In this document: positions 1 to 8,856 of the stretch, piece after piece
Layout of the letters: every line of letters starts with the position of its first letter
How positions within the stretch are numbered: the first letter of the stretch is position 1
Assembly: GCA_963820105.1 (NCBI GenBank)
Contig: CAWFYI010000003.1
Location: 12,475 to 76,474 of the forward strand
Source of the DNA: an uncultured Candidatus Saccharibacteria bacterium
Lineage (GTDB): Bacteria; Patescibacteriota; Saccharimonadia; Saccharimonadales; UBA4665
Length of the DNA: 64,000 nt
Direction: 5' to 3'
The notes under the pieces: generated by a model
Told to the model about the DNA's origin: nothing
What the model saw: the letters and a program-made list of their open reading frames with translations, nothing else
The model's database searches: none
Program-made: the position numbers and the translations under genes

Positions 1-1002
1 GCTCTGCGCTCAAACCTTATAACTCTGCACGGCCTGCTCAGATTGATGATGGGCGGCGCGCAGGTCCAAATGGCCGGCGGTTCGGAGGCCTCGACGCCGG
101 CGCTTGCACCTTCTGAAGAAGCAGATCTGGATTCGGCGCTCATAGAGACCTACGCGCGCGCCGGCATCACCAACGACCCGCTGACGCACCAGAGCCGCCC
201 GCCGGCCATAGTGGACCTGTACGACACGTTGTTGCACATGGGCGGTACCGGTCCGACCCTGGCTCAGCGCCTGCGCAAATACACTACGGGCACGTTCGCG
301 GGCATCTTCTCGCAGCAGAGCAATATAGACATCAATAACCCTCTGGTGGTTTTCAACCTGCGCGACCTGGAGGATGAGCTCCGGCCCGTAGCCATGTACA
401 TAGTCCTGAACTACATCTGGAACAAGACCAAGAGCGATCAGAAACGCCGCATTCTGGTCGTGGACGAGGCCTGGCAACTTATGAAATACGAGGATTCGGC
501 TAACTTCCTATTCAGCCTGGCAAAGCGCGCGCGCAAGTACGATCTTGGAGTCACTACGATTTCACAAGACGTCGAAGACTTCATGGGTTCGCGCATGGGC
601 CGGGCCATCGTAGCTAACGCCAGCATGCAGTTCCTGCTCAAGCAATCGCCGTCCGCGGTAGACGTGCTAACCGATGTCTTCAAGCTTACCAGCGAAGAGC
701 ATAAACGTCTGAGTCAGTTCCCGGTCGGCCAGGGGCTTTTCTTTGCCGGGCAGAACCACGTCCACATCCAGATAGTCGCCAGCCCCACTGAAACCAGCCT
801 GATTACCACGAACCCTGACCAGGTCCGTCAAATCGAACAGGCCGCTGAGCGTCAACAGAGCGGCGAGTTCAATCAGGCTGAAGGCTCTATCGACCTTGAC
901 CAAGGCGCCCCGGGTCCGGGAGCCGCGGACCTCGACCAAGGATACGGCGGCAATGATTACGCGCAGCCCGGCGGCAATACAGCCGCCACACCTACCGAAT
1001 AG
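1..1002 (+). CDS. VirB4/TrsE/PrgJ-like type IV secretion ATPase, C-terminal part (5' end outside window)
   Basis: Frame 1 is open from nt 1 with no stop before the listed TTG at 43, so the gene is cut by the window edge. It has a Walker B-like ILVVDEAWQLMKY, then KRARKYDLGVTTISQDVEDF and MQFLLKQS, the typical C-terminal block of VirB4-family conjugation ATPases. The tail is acidic and Gly-rich. Confidence 0.75.
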   Translation, partial: ALRSNLITLHGLLRLMMGGAQVQMAGGSEASTPALAPSEEADLDSALIETYARAGITNDPLTHQSRPPAIVDLYDTLLHMGGTGPTLAQRLRKYTTGTFAGIFSQQSNIDINNPLVVFNLRDLEDELRPVAMYIVLNYIWNKTKSDQKRRILVVDEAWQLMKYEDSANFLFSLAKRARKYDLGVTTISQDVEDFMGSRMGRAIVANASMQFLLKQSPSAVDVLTDVFKLTSEEHKRLSQFPVGQGLFFAGQNHVHIQIVASPTETSLITTNPDQVRQIEQAAERQQSGEFNQAEGSIDLDQGAPGPGAADLDQGYGGNDYAQPGGNTAATPTE

Positions 1003-1041
1003 CGTATAATAAATCTATAAAGTGCTTTAGGTTAAACCAAC

Positions 1042-4000
1042 ATGGCTGAAACAGACATGCAATCGCCCGAGGAGAACAAGCCTGAACTAGGCAGGGACGC
1101 TTTGCGCCGTAGCGAAGGCATGGGCAGCCGCCGGCGCGGCAAGCGCCCAGATGCAAGGTCCAGATCCGGAAGAGGTGTGGGCGGGGGCGGCAGACAGCCT
1201 GACATAAGATCCAGATCCGGAAGAGGTGTGGGCGGGGGCGGCAGACAGCCTGACATAAGATCCAGATCCGGAAGAGGTATGCGTCAGCCTAGCCCCGGAG
1301 GTGGCGGATATGTTCCAAGCCCTTCGGAGCTAGAAGACGCCGAGGAGATGGCGAGTCTTTATAACGACAGCGACGACGACTCCCGCGGCCTGGCACGCGC
1401 GAAACGCATAATGCGATCACGGAGCCGCTTCCTAGCCAAGCACAAGAAAGGCTTCATCGTTTTCAGCACCTTCGGAAGCCTGAGCATCGGCAGCATAATA
1501 ATGCTGGCTAGCGTCTCCCAAGGACCACTGGAATTCATACATCTGGGCCAGTTGCTTGAAAGATTCCATTTTTCCAGCCTGGAAGACGCCCAGAACAACC
1601 GTCTGGTGAAAATCGCCCTCTATATCCATGATCCGACCAAGCCGCAGAATGCCCGCTTAGGTATAGCCGGCAACATTGCGGCCGACCATCTAGAATCTAA
1701 ATTGAACGAGGCCACAGGCCTTAAGTCCGAATATAACTCAGTCAGTGGCCGATCCGAGGGCTATTCGGTAATACACGACAACGAGAAGTTCAAGGGCAAG
1801 AATACGCCTCAGATAAAGGAGGAGTTGGCCCGCAGCTACGGCATAGATCCGGCATCTATCGAGTTATCCGTCAGTACGACCGGGGAACAAACCATCAAAT
1901 TCACTCCAGACCCGGGGGGCTGGAACTCCATCAAAAGATACCGCGCGCAGGTCAAGTTCAGCCGGACGCTACTGACCGAGGCGGGCTATAACAAACTTTC
2001 GACCCATGTGGGTTCGCGGGTGCTCGGAGCACGCGCCGGCTGGACGTTCCATCCCATCAGAGCTCTTGACAATGCCGCGCAGAACGCCGTGCTTGAAGGG
2101 GGCAAAAAGGGCCTGAATAAGCTCCGGGACAAGTTAAACAGCGAGGAGGCCACTTATGAAGCCGATGGCGCTACTACGAGGCCGGGAGGCGAACCGAAGG
2201 CTCAGGAAACGAAGGACGCCGCCGGCAATGACGTCCCGAACCCGCAAGGACAGGAGACTGCCCAGAGCACACAAGATATACAGAACAATGCCGATCAAGT
2301 CGACAACACAGATCCGCAATCGAAGGCCAAGTTCAGCGACTACTTAAACGCCAAGACGGTGGGAGCAGGCGCGGCCGGTTTTGGAGCCGGTATGCTTTGC
2401 TTGGCGCGCAACTTAAACTCCAGCGTTCCGCAAGAGAAGGATAAAAAGGTAAAGAGCCCGATGAGGCGCAAAGCGGGGAAGTTTGGTTTCGCCATACCGA
2501 GCCAAGCACAGAGCGGACAGGATATCGACGCGGTACAGCTTGGCGTCTACAAGGATCACGTGCTCGATACCAAGAATCCGGATACCGGCAGAGTAACGTC
2601 TACCTGGAACCAGGCCCGGAGCATACAGGCCGAACTTGGCCAGAACCTGACCGGCCCAGATTTGCCCAAAAGCCTTCAGGTATTTAACAACGAAAGCCCA
2701 TTTGCTTTCGTAGACAGTATACCGGGGCTAGGCCCGGTGTGCGGCGCGCTTGAGAGCGTGTTCGGGCAGGTGTTCAGCATAGTTACCGGGCCGGTCAGTT
2801 ATCTGGTATCCTCGGCAGTCCTGAAAGAAACGATTCCTATTCTGGTTGATTGGCTATCCGGCTCACCGATAAGCCCGGTAGCTTCCGGGGCCCTGTTCGG
2901 TAATATCGTCAACTACGGGGCCCGGCTTTCCGCCAATGATCTGGCCGCTGCCTTTGGTGCCGTACCGTTAAGCCCAGGCGCTTCGGTAATTCTAAAGAAC
3001 ACCGACGACACGCTTGATAGACAGGACTTCCAATCGAAAAGCGTCGCCTACAGGCTTTTCAACACCAGGGACAGCCGCTCGCTTGCCGGGCGTCTGATCG
3101 ACCAGCAGGACTTAACCGTGACGCCGAACATGGAAAACGTCGCCAGCGATCTTGCCGGTATCTTCAAGACGGCAATAACTATACCCGGCACGCTATTGGC
3201 CGGTACGGCACATGCCGACCCTATCACGCCTTACAACTATCATGGCCTTGAAAAGGTGGGCTTTAGCGCTAGTGAGCTGGGCGATTCCCGTTTCGACAAT
3301 CCTTTCAAGAACGCCTGTTACGTGGTCGGCTGCTCCAGCGCCCATATAAGTGGTATTCTTAACGATCCGGCCAAGTCCCAGACCTACATAGACAGAGCTC
3401 AGAAATGCTTCGGCGTGAACATCACTGATGACGGGGGTATGTGGAACATCGACAGCAAGACCCAAGCGGTCAACTTCGATGACACAAGCTACCCGACGAA
3501 CGACTGCAAGAGTTCCAGCCTGGACTGGCTGAGGATACGCTTCTGGCTGCTCGACACGCCTACGCTGGAAGGCTGGCTCTGCGGCGAGGACCTGGACCAA
3601 CAGTCCTGCCAGGACCTCGGCCTTGGCAATACCTCAAACGTTAATTCTACCGTCAACCCGGCAGCGGGCACCGCCCAACAAATAGCCCAGCAGATCCTGA
3701 ACAATCCCAACGTCACCTACGAATGCGGCTCATCGGCGCAAGACGACATCAAACTCGCGGCACAGGGCAAGCCCGGCACTGCCGGCGCTCCTATCAGCAA
3801 AGCCATACTTCAACTCATAGCCACCATCGGCCAGAGCCACAAGGTGTGCGTTTCGGCTCTTGAAAGCTACGGACAGGGCCATACTACGGGCTCATACCAC
3901 TACACCGGCGACGCCGTGGACTTCGGTAATCTGGACGGCGTCAGCATAACCGGCCGCAACGCGCCAGCCCTTACGATTATAAAAATAGCCGAGGATGTTC

Positions 4001-4146
4001 TACCAAACGGTTCGGAGTTCGGACAATGGCACGACCCCGGTACCGGTGCCTTATGCGGACCGGCGATATCATTCCCGGCCGGCTTCGACCAATTCGACGA
4101 CACTTGCGACCATCTGCACGTCCAGGTGCCTAGGGGCACGCCTTGA
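1042..4146 (+). CDS. 1034-aa membrane-anchored protein: N-terminal Arg/Gly repeat region, TM helix, long ectodomain, C-terminal LAS/M15 (VanY-like) zinc peptidase module
   Basis: Long uninterrupted ORF. The TM segment is GFIVFSTFGSLSIGSIIMLASV. The C-terminal motif SYHYTGDAVD fits SxHxxGxAxD (nt 3892-3921), and DHLH lies at nt 4108-4119, as in M15/VanY/L-Ala-D-Glu peptidases. The gene sits immediately after the VirB4-like gene. Confidence 0.8.
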   Translation: MAETDMQSPEENKPELGRDALRRSEGMGSRRRGKRPDARSRSGRGVGGGGRQPDIRSRSGRGVGGGGRQPDIRSRSGRGMRQPSPGGGGYVPSPSELEDAEEMASLYNDSDDDSRGLARAKRIMRSRSRFLAKHKKGFIVFSTFGSLSIGSIIMLASVSQGPLEFIHLGQLLERFHFSSLEDAQNNRLVKIALYIHDPTKPQNARLGIAGNIAADHLESKLNEATGLKSEYNSVSGRSEGYSVIHDNEKFKGKNTPQIKEELARSYGIDPASIELSVSTTGEQTIKFTPDPGGWNSIKRYRAQVKFSRTLLTEAGYNKLSTHVGSRVLGARAGWTFHPIRALDNAAQNAVLEGGKKGLNKLRDKLNSEEATYEADGATTRPGGEPKAQETKDAAGNDVPNPQGQETAQSTQDIQNNADQVDNTDPQSKAKFSDYLNAKTVGAGAAGFGAGMLCLARNLNSSVPQEKDKKVKSPMRRKAGKFGFAIPSQAQSGQDIDAVQLGVYKDHVLDTKNPDTGRVTSTWNQARSIQAELGQNLTGPDLPKSLQVFNNESPFAFVDSIPGLGPVCGALESVFGQVFSIVTGPVSYLVSSAVLKETIPILVDWLSGSPISPVASGALFGNIVNYGARLSANDLAAAFGAVPLSPGASVILKNTDDTLDRQDFQSKSVAYRLFNTRDSRSLAGRLIDQQDLTVTPNMENVASDLAGIFKTAITIPGTLLAGTAHADPITPYNYHGLEKVGFSASELGDSRFDNPFKNACYVVGCSSAHISGILNDPAKSQTYIDRAQKCFGVNITDDGGMWNIDSKTQAVNFDDTSYPTNDCKSSSLDWLRIRFWLLDTPTLEGWLCGEDLDQQSCQDLGLGNTSNVNSTVNPAAGTAQQIAQQILNNPNVTYECGSSAQDDIKLAAQGKPGTAGAPISKAILQLIATIGQSHKVCVSALESYGQGHTTGSYHYTGDAVDFGNLDGVSITGRNAPALTIIKIAEDVLPNGSEFGQWHDPGTGALCGPAISFPAGFDQFDDTCDHLHVQVPRGTP
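1159..1278 (+). repeat. Perfect 51-bp tandem repeat, 2.35 copies, in frame (17-aa unit RSRSGRGVGGGGRQPDI)
   Basis: Copies at 1159-1209 and 1210-1260 are identical. A third copy matches for 18 nt (1261-1278) before diverging. A degenerate partial copy lies just upstream. Confidence 0.95.
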
Positions 4147-6476
4147 AAAGCATGAGGTCGGTGGTAGCGCCGGCCGCCGGCTTATTACCAAGGGTGCTTT
4201 GCTTTCTACTTTTAACGATATTCTTAGCTTCTCAGCTGGGAGCGATAGCCGAGGCCGATATGCAACCCTACACGCAACCCCAGCTTTTCCAGGCAGGAGT
4301 AGGTTACTTCAATGTTGACGATTGCAGTCCCGGAGCCTCAGCCAGCGCCACGCCAAGCGCAGGCGGAGGAGGCGCGGGCGGCGGCCTAGTATGGCCCTTC
4401 GCCACCAAGAGTAGTTCTCAGTATAACCGGGTGGACGAGGGCTGGGACATCCAGGATAAACCCAGCGCCGACATCTACGCTATAGGGCCCGGCACCTTAG
4501 ACGTATACCTTAAGGATACTGGCAACTTTGGTGACGACTACCCTGTAGAACATATGGATAACGCCCTCGCGGCGTCGGCAGGCTTCGATACTAACTGGGT
4601 ATACTACGGGCATGTGCACATACTTCCCGGCTTGAAAGGAAAGCATGTGGATGCCGGCCAAAAAATTGCTACGGCCAATGGGCCGGGTGCCAGCATCCAC
4701 AATCCTGAGAATGGCTCCGGCGCGGACCCTGGCTGGTTGGAAATAGGCTTCGCTGTAGCCGGCACGGACCAACCTGTGGCTCATGCGACTGGCGAGGCCC
4801 CTAGTGCCGCCGGACAAAAAATGAAAGATTTGCTGCTTAGTGCACAGCCCAGTCCGGGCGCTGCTGTAGTTTCAAGTGCGCCGGGCACTCCATCCTGCGC
4901 CTGTACTTCAAGCGCTTCGTCTCTGGTAGGTAATGGCGATGAGGATAAAATATGGAATTACTTCAAGAGCAAGGGTCTTAGTGATGAACAGGCAGCCGGG
5001 GTTCTGGGCAATATAGCCGACGAAACGGGCAGCACGTGGGATCCCGAGATAGTCCAAGGCGGGGGACATTCCAGTACACAGCCAAAGACTGGCGGGGCGG
5101 ACGGTTGGGGATTGGTGCAGTGGACATATCCTTATCAGGATGTCAGTAAGCTTCTGCATGATAACCATGTAAGCGGAGCCCCGAATGAACTACAGACACA
5201 ATTGGACCTGATCTGGGCGCAAATGAACGGAACCAGCCCCACGGGTGTTAATAATATGGCTGGCGGGTTGAAGGGCATTAATGACGTTTCGCAAGCTGCC
5301 ACTTACTTTTCCGATAACTTCGAGGGTGGCGTGCCGGGAAGCCGGGTCAGCGATGCCCTTGATGCCTACGCCAAGTACAAGGGCACCGGAGGTGGATCCA
5401 CGGGTCCGACCAGTCCTTCGGGAGGCGGCAGTGTGACTACCAGCGATACGCTGAACGGCCACAAACTGCCTGCCACCGTCGGTGGCACCGGACTGGAAAG
5501 CTTCTTCTCGCATTACGCTCTTGGCACACCGGCCAACCAGAATGAAGACAACTACTATATCACCATGCGCTGGCGCTATGACAAATGGAACTGGAACGGA
5601 ACCTCGGTCCCTGGTCCGGAAAGCATAGGATTTTATCAGGGTCACCCTAAGGTCCTAGTTACTAATCCAAGAAACCATAAGAGCATCATAGCCATAGCAC
5701 TTGAGGCTGGTCCGGCACCGTGGACAGGAGTAGACCCTGCGTCTAACAATAACCCGAAGGAGGGCTGGACCAACCCGCAAGACGGTACACCGTCCCAGTA
5801 TAAGGGCAGGGTTTCCGGCTTCCCGCCCCCGGCTACTCATGCACTAGGAGCTATACAGACCACACCAAGCACGGGCGATAAGCTGGAGTACGCATGGGCG
5901 CCGGATCAGAACGCTACGCCTGGCCCCACGAACTTGTCGGTCGATAACGCGGGGGGGGCGGGCTGCGCCACTGCCGGGACTACCGGCAGTGGTAGCAATT
6001 CTGATATCGTCAGCGTGGCGAAGCAGGAGCTTGCGCTGGGATTAAAAGGCACCGGCCCTCTCAATAATGGTGGCCCTGTCTGTAAATACGAAGGCAGCGG
6101 GTGTTCGGAGCCATGGTGCGCCGACTTCGTAAGCTGGGTCTACAAGACAGCAGGCAAGCCGTTCACCGGCGGACATGATGGGGGATGGCGTCTATCTTTG
6201 GCAAGTGAGGTCACTGGATACTTTCTAAGCCGAAAGGGCCAGCCAGATATCGGGTATGGCACGCCGTCCGGCGGTGATAAGATGGAGCCGGGGTGGACTG
6301 TGAGTTTCAGCGGCTCAGAGCCAGGCGACAGGGGCATCGGCCATGTAGGTATAGTGGTCAAAGTTAACAGTGATGGTACATTTGATTATATCGATGGCAA
6401 CGGCGCGGGTGCGGGGGTTTCAGAAAATAAGCACATACAGATGAGTTCGGCTATAGATTGGGGAGGATACAAATGA
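4143..6476 (+). CDS. Secreted multi-module peptidoglycan hydrolase (LytM/M23-like + Phage_lysozyme2-like + RlpA/DPBB-like + CHAP)
   Basis: N-terminal signal/TM is LLPRVLCFLLLTIFLASQLGAIA. The LytM-like block is WVYYGHVHILPGLKGKHVDAGQKIATANG, with the first His motif degenerate. The lysozyme-like block is KIWNYFKSKGLSDEQAAGVLGNIADETGSTWDP...GWGLVQWTYP. The DPBB-like block is KVLVTNPRNHKSIIAIALEAGP. The CHAP block is EPWCADFVSWVYK ... GHVGIVVKV ... IDGNG. The TTG start at 4143 overlaps the upstream TGA (AGGGG sits 6 nt upstream); an alternative ATG is at 4152. Confidence 0.85.
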   Translation: MKSMRSVVAPAAGLLPRVLCFLLLTIFLASQLGAIAEADMQPYTQPQLFQAGVGYFNVDDCSPGASASATPSAGGGGAGGGLVWPFATKSSSQYNRVDEGWDIQDKPSADIYAIGPGTLDVYLKDTGNFGDDYPVEHMDNALAASAGFDTNWVYYGHVHILPGLKGKHVDAGQKIATANGPGASIHNPENGSGADPGWLEIGFAVAGTDQPVAHATGEAPSAAGQKMKDLLLSAQPSPGAAVVSSAPGTPSCACTSSASSLVGNGDEDKIWNYFKSKGLSDEQAAGVLGNIADETGSTWDPEIVQGGGHSSTQPKTGGADGWGLVQWTYPYQDVSKLLHDNHVSGAPNELQTQLDLIWAQMNGTSPTGVNNMAGGLKGINDVSQAATYFSDNFEGGVPGSRVSDALDAYAKYKGTGGGSTGPTSPSGGGSVTTSDTLNGHKLPATVGGTGLESFFSHYALGTPANQNEDNYYITMRWRYDKWNWNGTSVPGPESIGFYQGHPKVLVTNPRNHKSIIAIALEAGPAPWTGVDPASNNNPKEGWTNPQDGTPSQYKGRVSGFPPPATHALGAIQTTPSTGDKLEYAWAPDQNATPGPTNLSVDNAGGAGCATAGTTGSGSNSDIVSVAKQELALGLKGTGPLNNGGPVCKYEGSGCSEPWCADFVSWVYKTAGKPFTGGHDGGWRLSLASEVTGYFLSRKGQPDIGYGTPSGGDKMEPGWTVSFSGSEPGDRGIGHVGIVVKVNSDGTFDYIDGNGAGAGVSENKHIQMSSAIDWGGYK

Positions 6477-7774
6477 ACTCGAGAAAATATGTAATCAGCA
6501 TCGTAGTGTTTTGGATTATAGTCATACTTTTCTTTATAATCGCCAGTCTTCTACACCGGCATAAGCATGTCGATCTATATAGGGCTGCGCCGGGCGGCAC
6601 CAATATAGTGTTCCCGTACCTGGCCGGGTCGCATACCATAGACTACTTCACCGGCTCAAACTTCGCCGCATACGACACTAAAACCCAGACTACCAAGACC
6701 ATCAGCCCGCAGTTTATCTTGCCAACCGTAAGCCAAATGCGCTGGTCGAAAACCGGTGTATTATTTCAGGCGGGCGACTATTCGGCAACCGACAATCTCT
6801 ACCCGGCCCTGATCAAAAAAGGCTTGCCGATCAACGCCGAGTACTGGTGGTTTTATGATTTTGCAACCCAGAAACTCAATACGGTGCTGACGCCCAATCC
6901 TATTAATGGCGTCATGGACGCCTTTTGGAACAGTTCAGGTGATAACTACTGTTATATAGGCGAAGACGGGCGGCTTTACGTGTCTGATTTAACACACTCT
7001 GTCGGAAAGGTCGGATCCGATGCAAGAATCAAACAATTCAACGGCACGACCATAACCCTAGCCCAAGGATCTATGCTAAGACAAATAAGCACTGATGGTC
7101 ATTATGGTAAGACTTTTGTTGACGACAATTTACAGGATGCTTACGTATCTCCGGACGGCAAGACCATAGCATACGTATTGAACACCCACCCGGATTCCAG
7201 CAGTGTTGTTCCGGGCGATTTGTACAAGGTTGACCCCGCAACAGGAAAGTCGCACATGGTTCTTTCCGGGTTCAGCGGCGCAATGGCGGGTAGTGGTGGA
7301 AACCTTTATGCCGGGTATTCCGACAGTGATGGCAAAAATTATCTTCAGCTCTATCCCGAAAATGGAAAACCGATTGACTATTCCTTGGGTGCGTCTTTGA
7401 ACAGGGGTGATCTTATAAGCACGGTACTGCCTGTGAGCCCACGGCTTATATATGTGGTCTCAAAATCAACCAACCTGGTCGAGATAACGAACCAGGAAAA
7501 GCCTGTTTCAACTCCTGTAAGCTACAGGTATAAGATCCAGACCGATCTATATGAGAATGGGTTCGAGATACATTATGACCCCTATAAAAACACGTATGAG
7601 ATAGATATATCCGCCAATCCTTTCACTACATATCAGAACGCCGCCCTGGAATATATACGTGCCCAGCGAGTCGATCCAAATCAGATTAATATAATATGGC
7701 GAGGATACGAGGGTGTTAATACTACAAACCCTGCTGTAGACACTACGCCAATCAGCTCCATACCGCCAGCTTGA
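6473..7774 (+). CDS. Membrane-anchored exoprotein, beta-propeller/TolB-like repeats (hypothetical)
   Basis: ATG at 6473 forms an ATGA overlap with the upstream stop and is preceded by GGGAGG at 6461-6466. The ORF-track TTG at 6458 is less likely. N-terminal TM is YVISIVVFWIIVILFFIIASLL. It has a PD40-like motif YVSPDGKTIAYV and Gly/Asp-rich strand repeats. Confidence 0.6.
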   Translation: MNSRKYVISIVVFWIIVILFFIIASLLHRHKHVDLYRAAPGGTNIVFPYLAGSHTIDYFTGSNFAAYDTKTQTTKTISPQFILPTVSQMRWSKTGVLFQAGDYSATDNLYPALIKKGLPINAEYWWFYDFATQKLNTVLTPNPINGVMDAFWNSSGDNYCYIGEDGRLYVSDLTHSVGKVGSDARIKQFNGTTITLAQGSMLRQISTDGHYGKTFVDDNLQDAYVSPDGKTIAYVLNTHPDSSSVVPGDLYKVDPATGKSHMVLSGFSGAMAGSGGNLYAGYSDSDGKNYLQLYPENGKPIDYSLGASLNRGDLISTVLPVSPRLIYVVSKSTNLVEITNQEKPVSTPVSYRYKIQTDLYENGFEIHYDPYKNTYEIDISANPFTTYQNAALEYIRAQRVDPNQINIIWRGYEGVNTTNPAVDTTPISSIPPA

Positions 7775-7789
7775 TCCTAATATAACTTT

Positions 7790-8839
7790 TTACTTCAACG
7801 GAATGATATTCGTGCTTTCGGTGAAGTGGCCGACTACGGCGTCGGCGTCGGTGGTAGTTATGAACGTCTGGTACGGCGCCAGGTAGTCGGTCAGAGCATG
7901 GCGGCGTTTGCCGTCCAGCTCGCTGAATACATCGTCCAGTAAAAACAGCGGGGGTGTTCCGCGCAGTTCCTCGATGATCTTCAGCTCGATGATCTTCAGG
8001 GCCAGCACAGCGGTGCGGATTTCGCCGCGCGAGGCGGCTTCCTGCGCCGGTCGTCCATCGAACTCGGCGGCCAGGTCCTCGCGGTGCGGTCCAGCGCCAG
8101 TGAAGCCTCGCGCGCGGTCCAGTTCCAGCTCGTTTTCCAGTTCCTTTAGTAGCCTGGTCTCGTAGTTATCTGGCGTCCAGCGGCTCCGGTACTCCACCGT
8201 AAACTTCATTCTCGTGCCGGATAGTTTGCGATACAGTTTGGCGGCGTCTTGGTCCAGGCGTTCTGCTAGTTCGTGGCGGCACCGGACTATCTGCCCGGCT
8301 AGTTCGCTCAGGCGCACATCCCAGGGAAATATCCGGCTTTGTGTGCCGTGCTGTTTCAACAAACTGTTGCGCTGAGCCAGAGCTCGCCGGTATTTGCGCC
8401 TGAGCGCACCGTATCCAGGCATCGTTTGTTCAAGCATATCATCCAGGTAGTCCCGCCGGCGTTCCGGGCCGCCGGACAGCATGCGCAGGTCCTCCGGCTC
8501 AAACAACGCTGTAGGTAGTGTGTGTGGCTGGCTAAGACGCTTGTAAGTCTTTCCATCAAGCTCATAAACCTTGTTGCGTTCCGGTTCCAGGGTGAGCTTG
8601 ACTGTGCGCTGGCCGCCGTTGTCTATATGGGCGTCCAGGCGCGCCCAGGACTTATTGAACATGACCAATTCCTGGTCGCGTGCGCGGTACGAACCGCCGC
8701 GCGCCAGTACTAGAAGCGCCTCTAACAAATTTGTCTTGCCGCTGGCATTGGGGCCGACAATAATGTTTACTCCGCTACTAAGCTCGAACGACGAATCTCT
8801 ATAGGAGCGGAAATTCTGCAGCCTTATGTCCGTGATCAT
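7790..8839 (-). CDS. recF: DNA replication and repair protein RecF
   Basis: N-terminus is MITDIRLQNFRSY with Walker A GPNASGKTNLLEAL. C-terminus has LLDDVFSELD. It follows dnaN in the canonical dnaA-dnaN-recF order. Confidence 0.92.
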   Translation of the reverse strand: MITDIRLQNFRSYRDSSFELSSGVNIIVGPNASGKTNLLEALLVLARGGSYRARDQELVMFNKSWARLDAHIDNGGQRTVKLTLEPERNKVYELDGKTYKRLSQPHTLPTALFEPEDLRMLSGGPERRRDYLDDMLEQTMPGYGALRRKYRRALAQRNSLLKQHGTQSRIFPWDVRLSELAGQIVRCRHELAERLDQDAAKLYRKLSGTRMKFTVEYRSRWTPDNYETRLLKELENELELDRARGFTGAGPHREDLAAEFDGRPAQEAASRGEIRTAVLALKIIELKIIEELRGTPPLFLLDDVFSELDGKRRHALTDYLAPYQTFITTTDADAVVGHFTESTNIIPLK

Positions 8840-8856
8840 ACCGGTATTGTATATGC

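Noticed and set aside
10-477. 155-aa ORF on the minus strand, antisense to the VirB4-like gene
   Set aside because: It is a shadow ORF in GC-rich coding DNA. The sequence is Arg/Ala/Gln-rich and low-complexity with no motifs, whereas the plus-strand frame carries clear ATPase motifs.
4143-4146. Possible programmed frameshift or fusion between the 1034-aa and 777-aa hydrolase genes
   Set aside because: The 4-nt overlap (TTGA) with an upstream AGGGG is ordinary translational coupling. The second protein has its own signal peptide.
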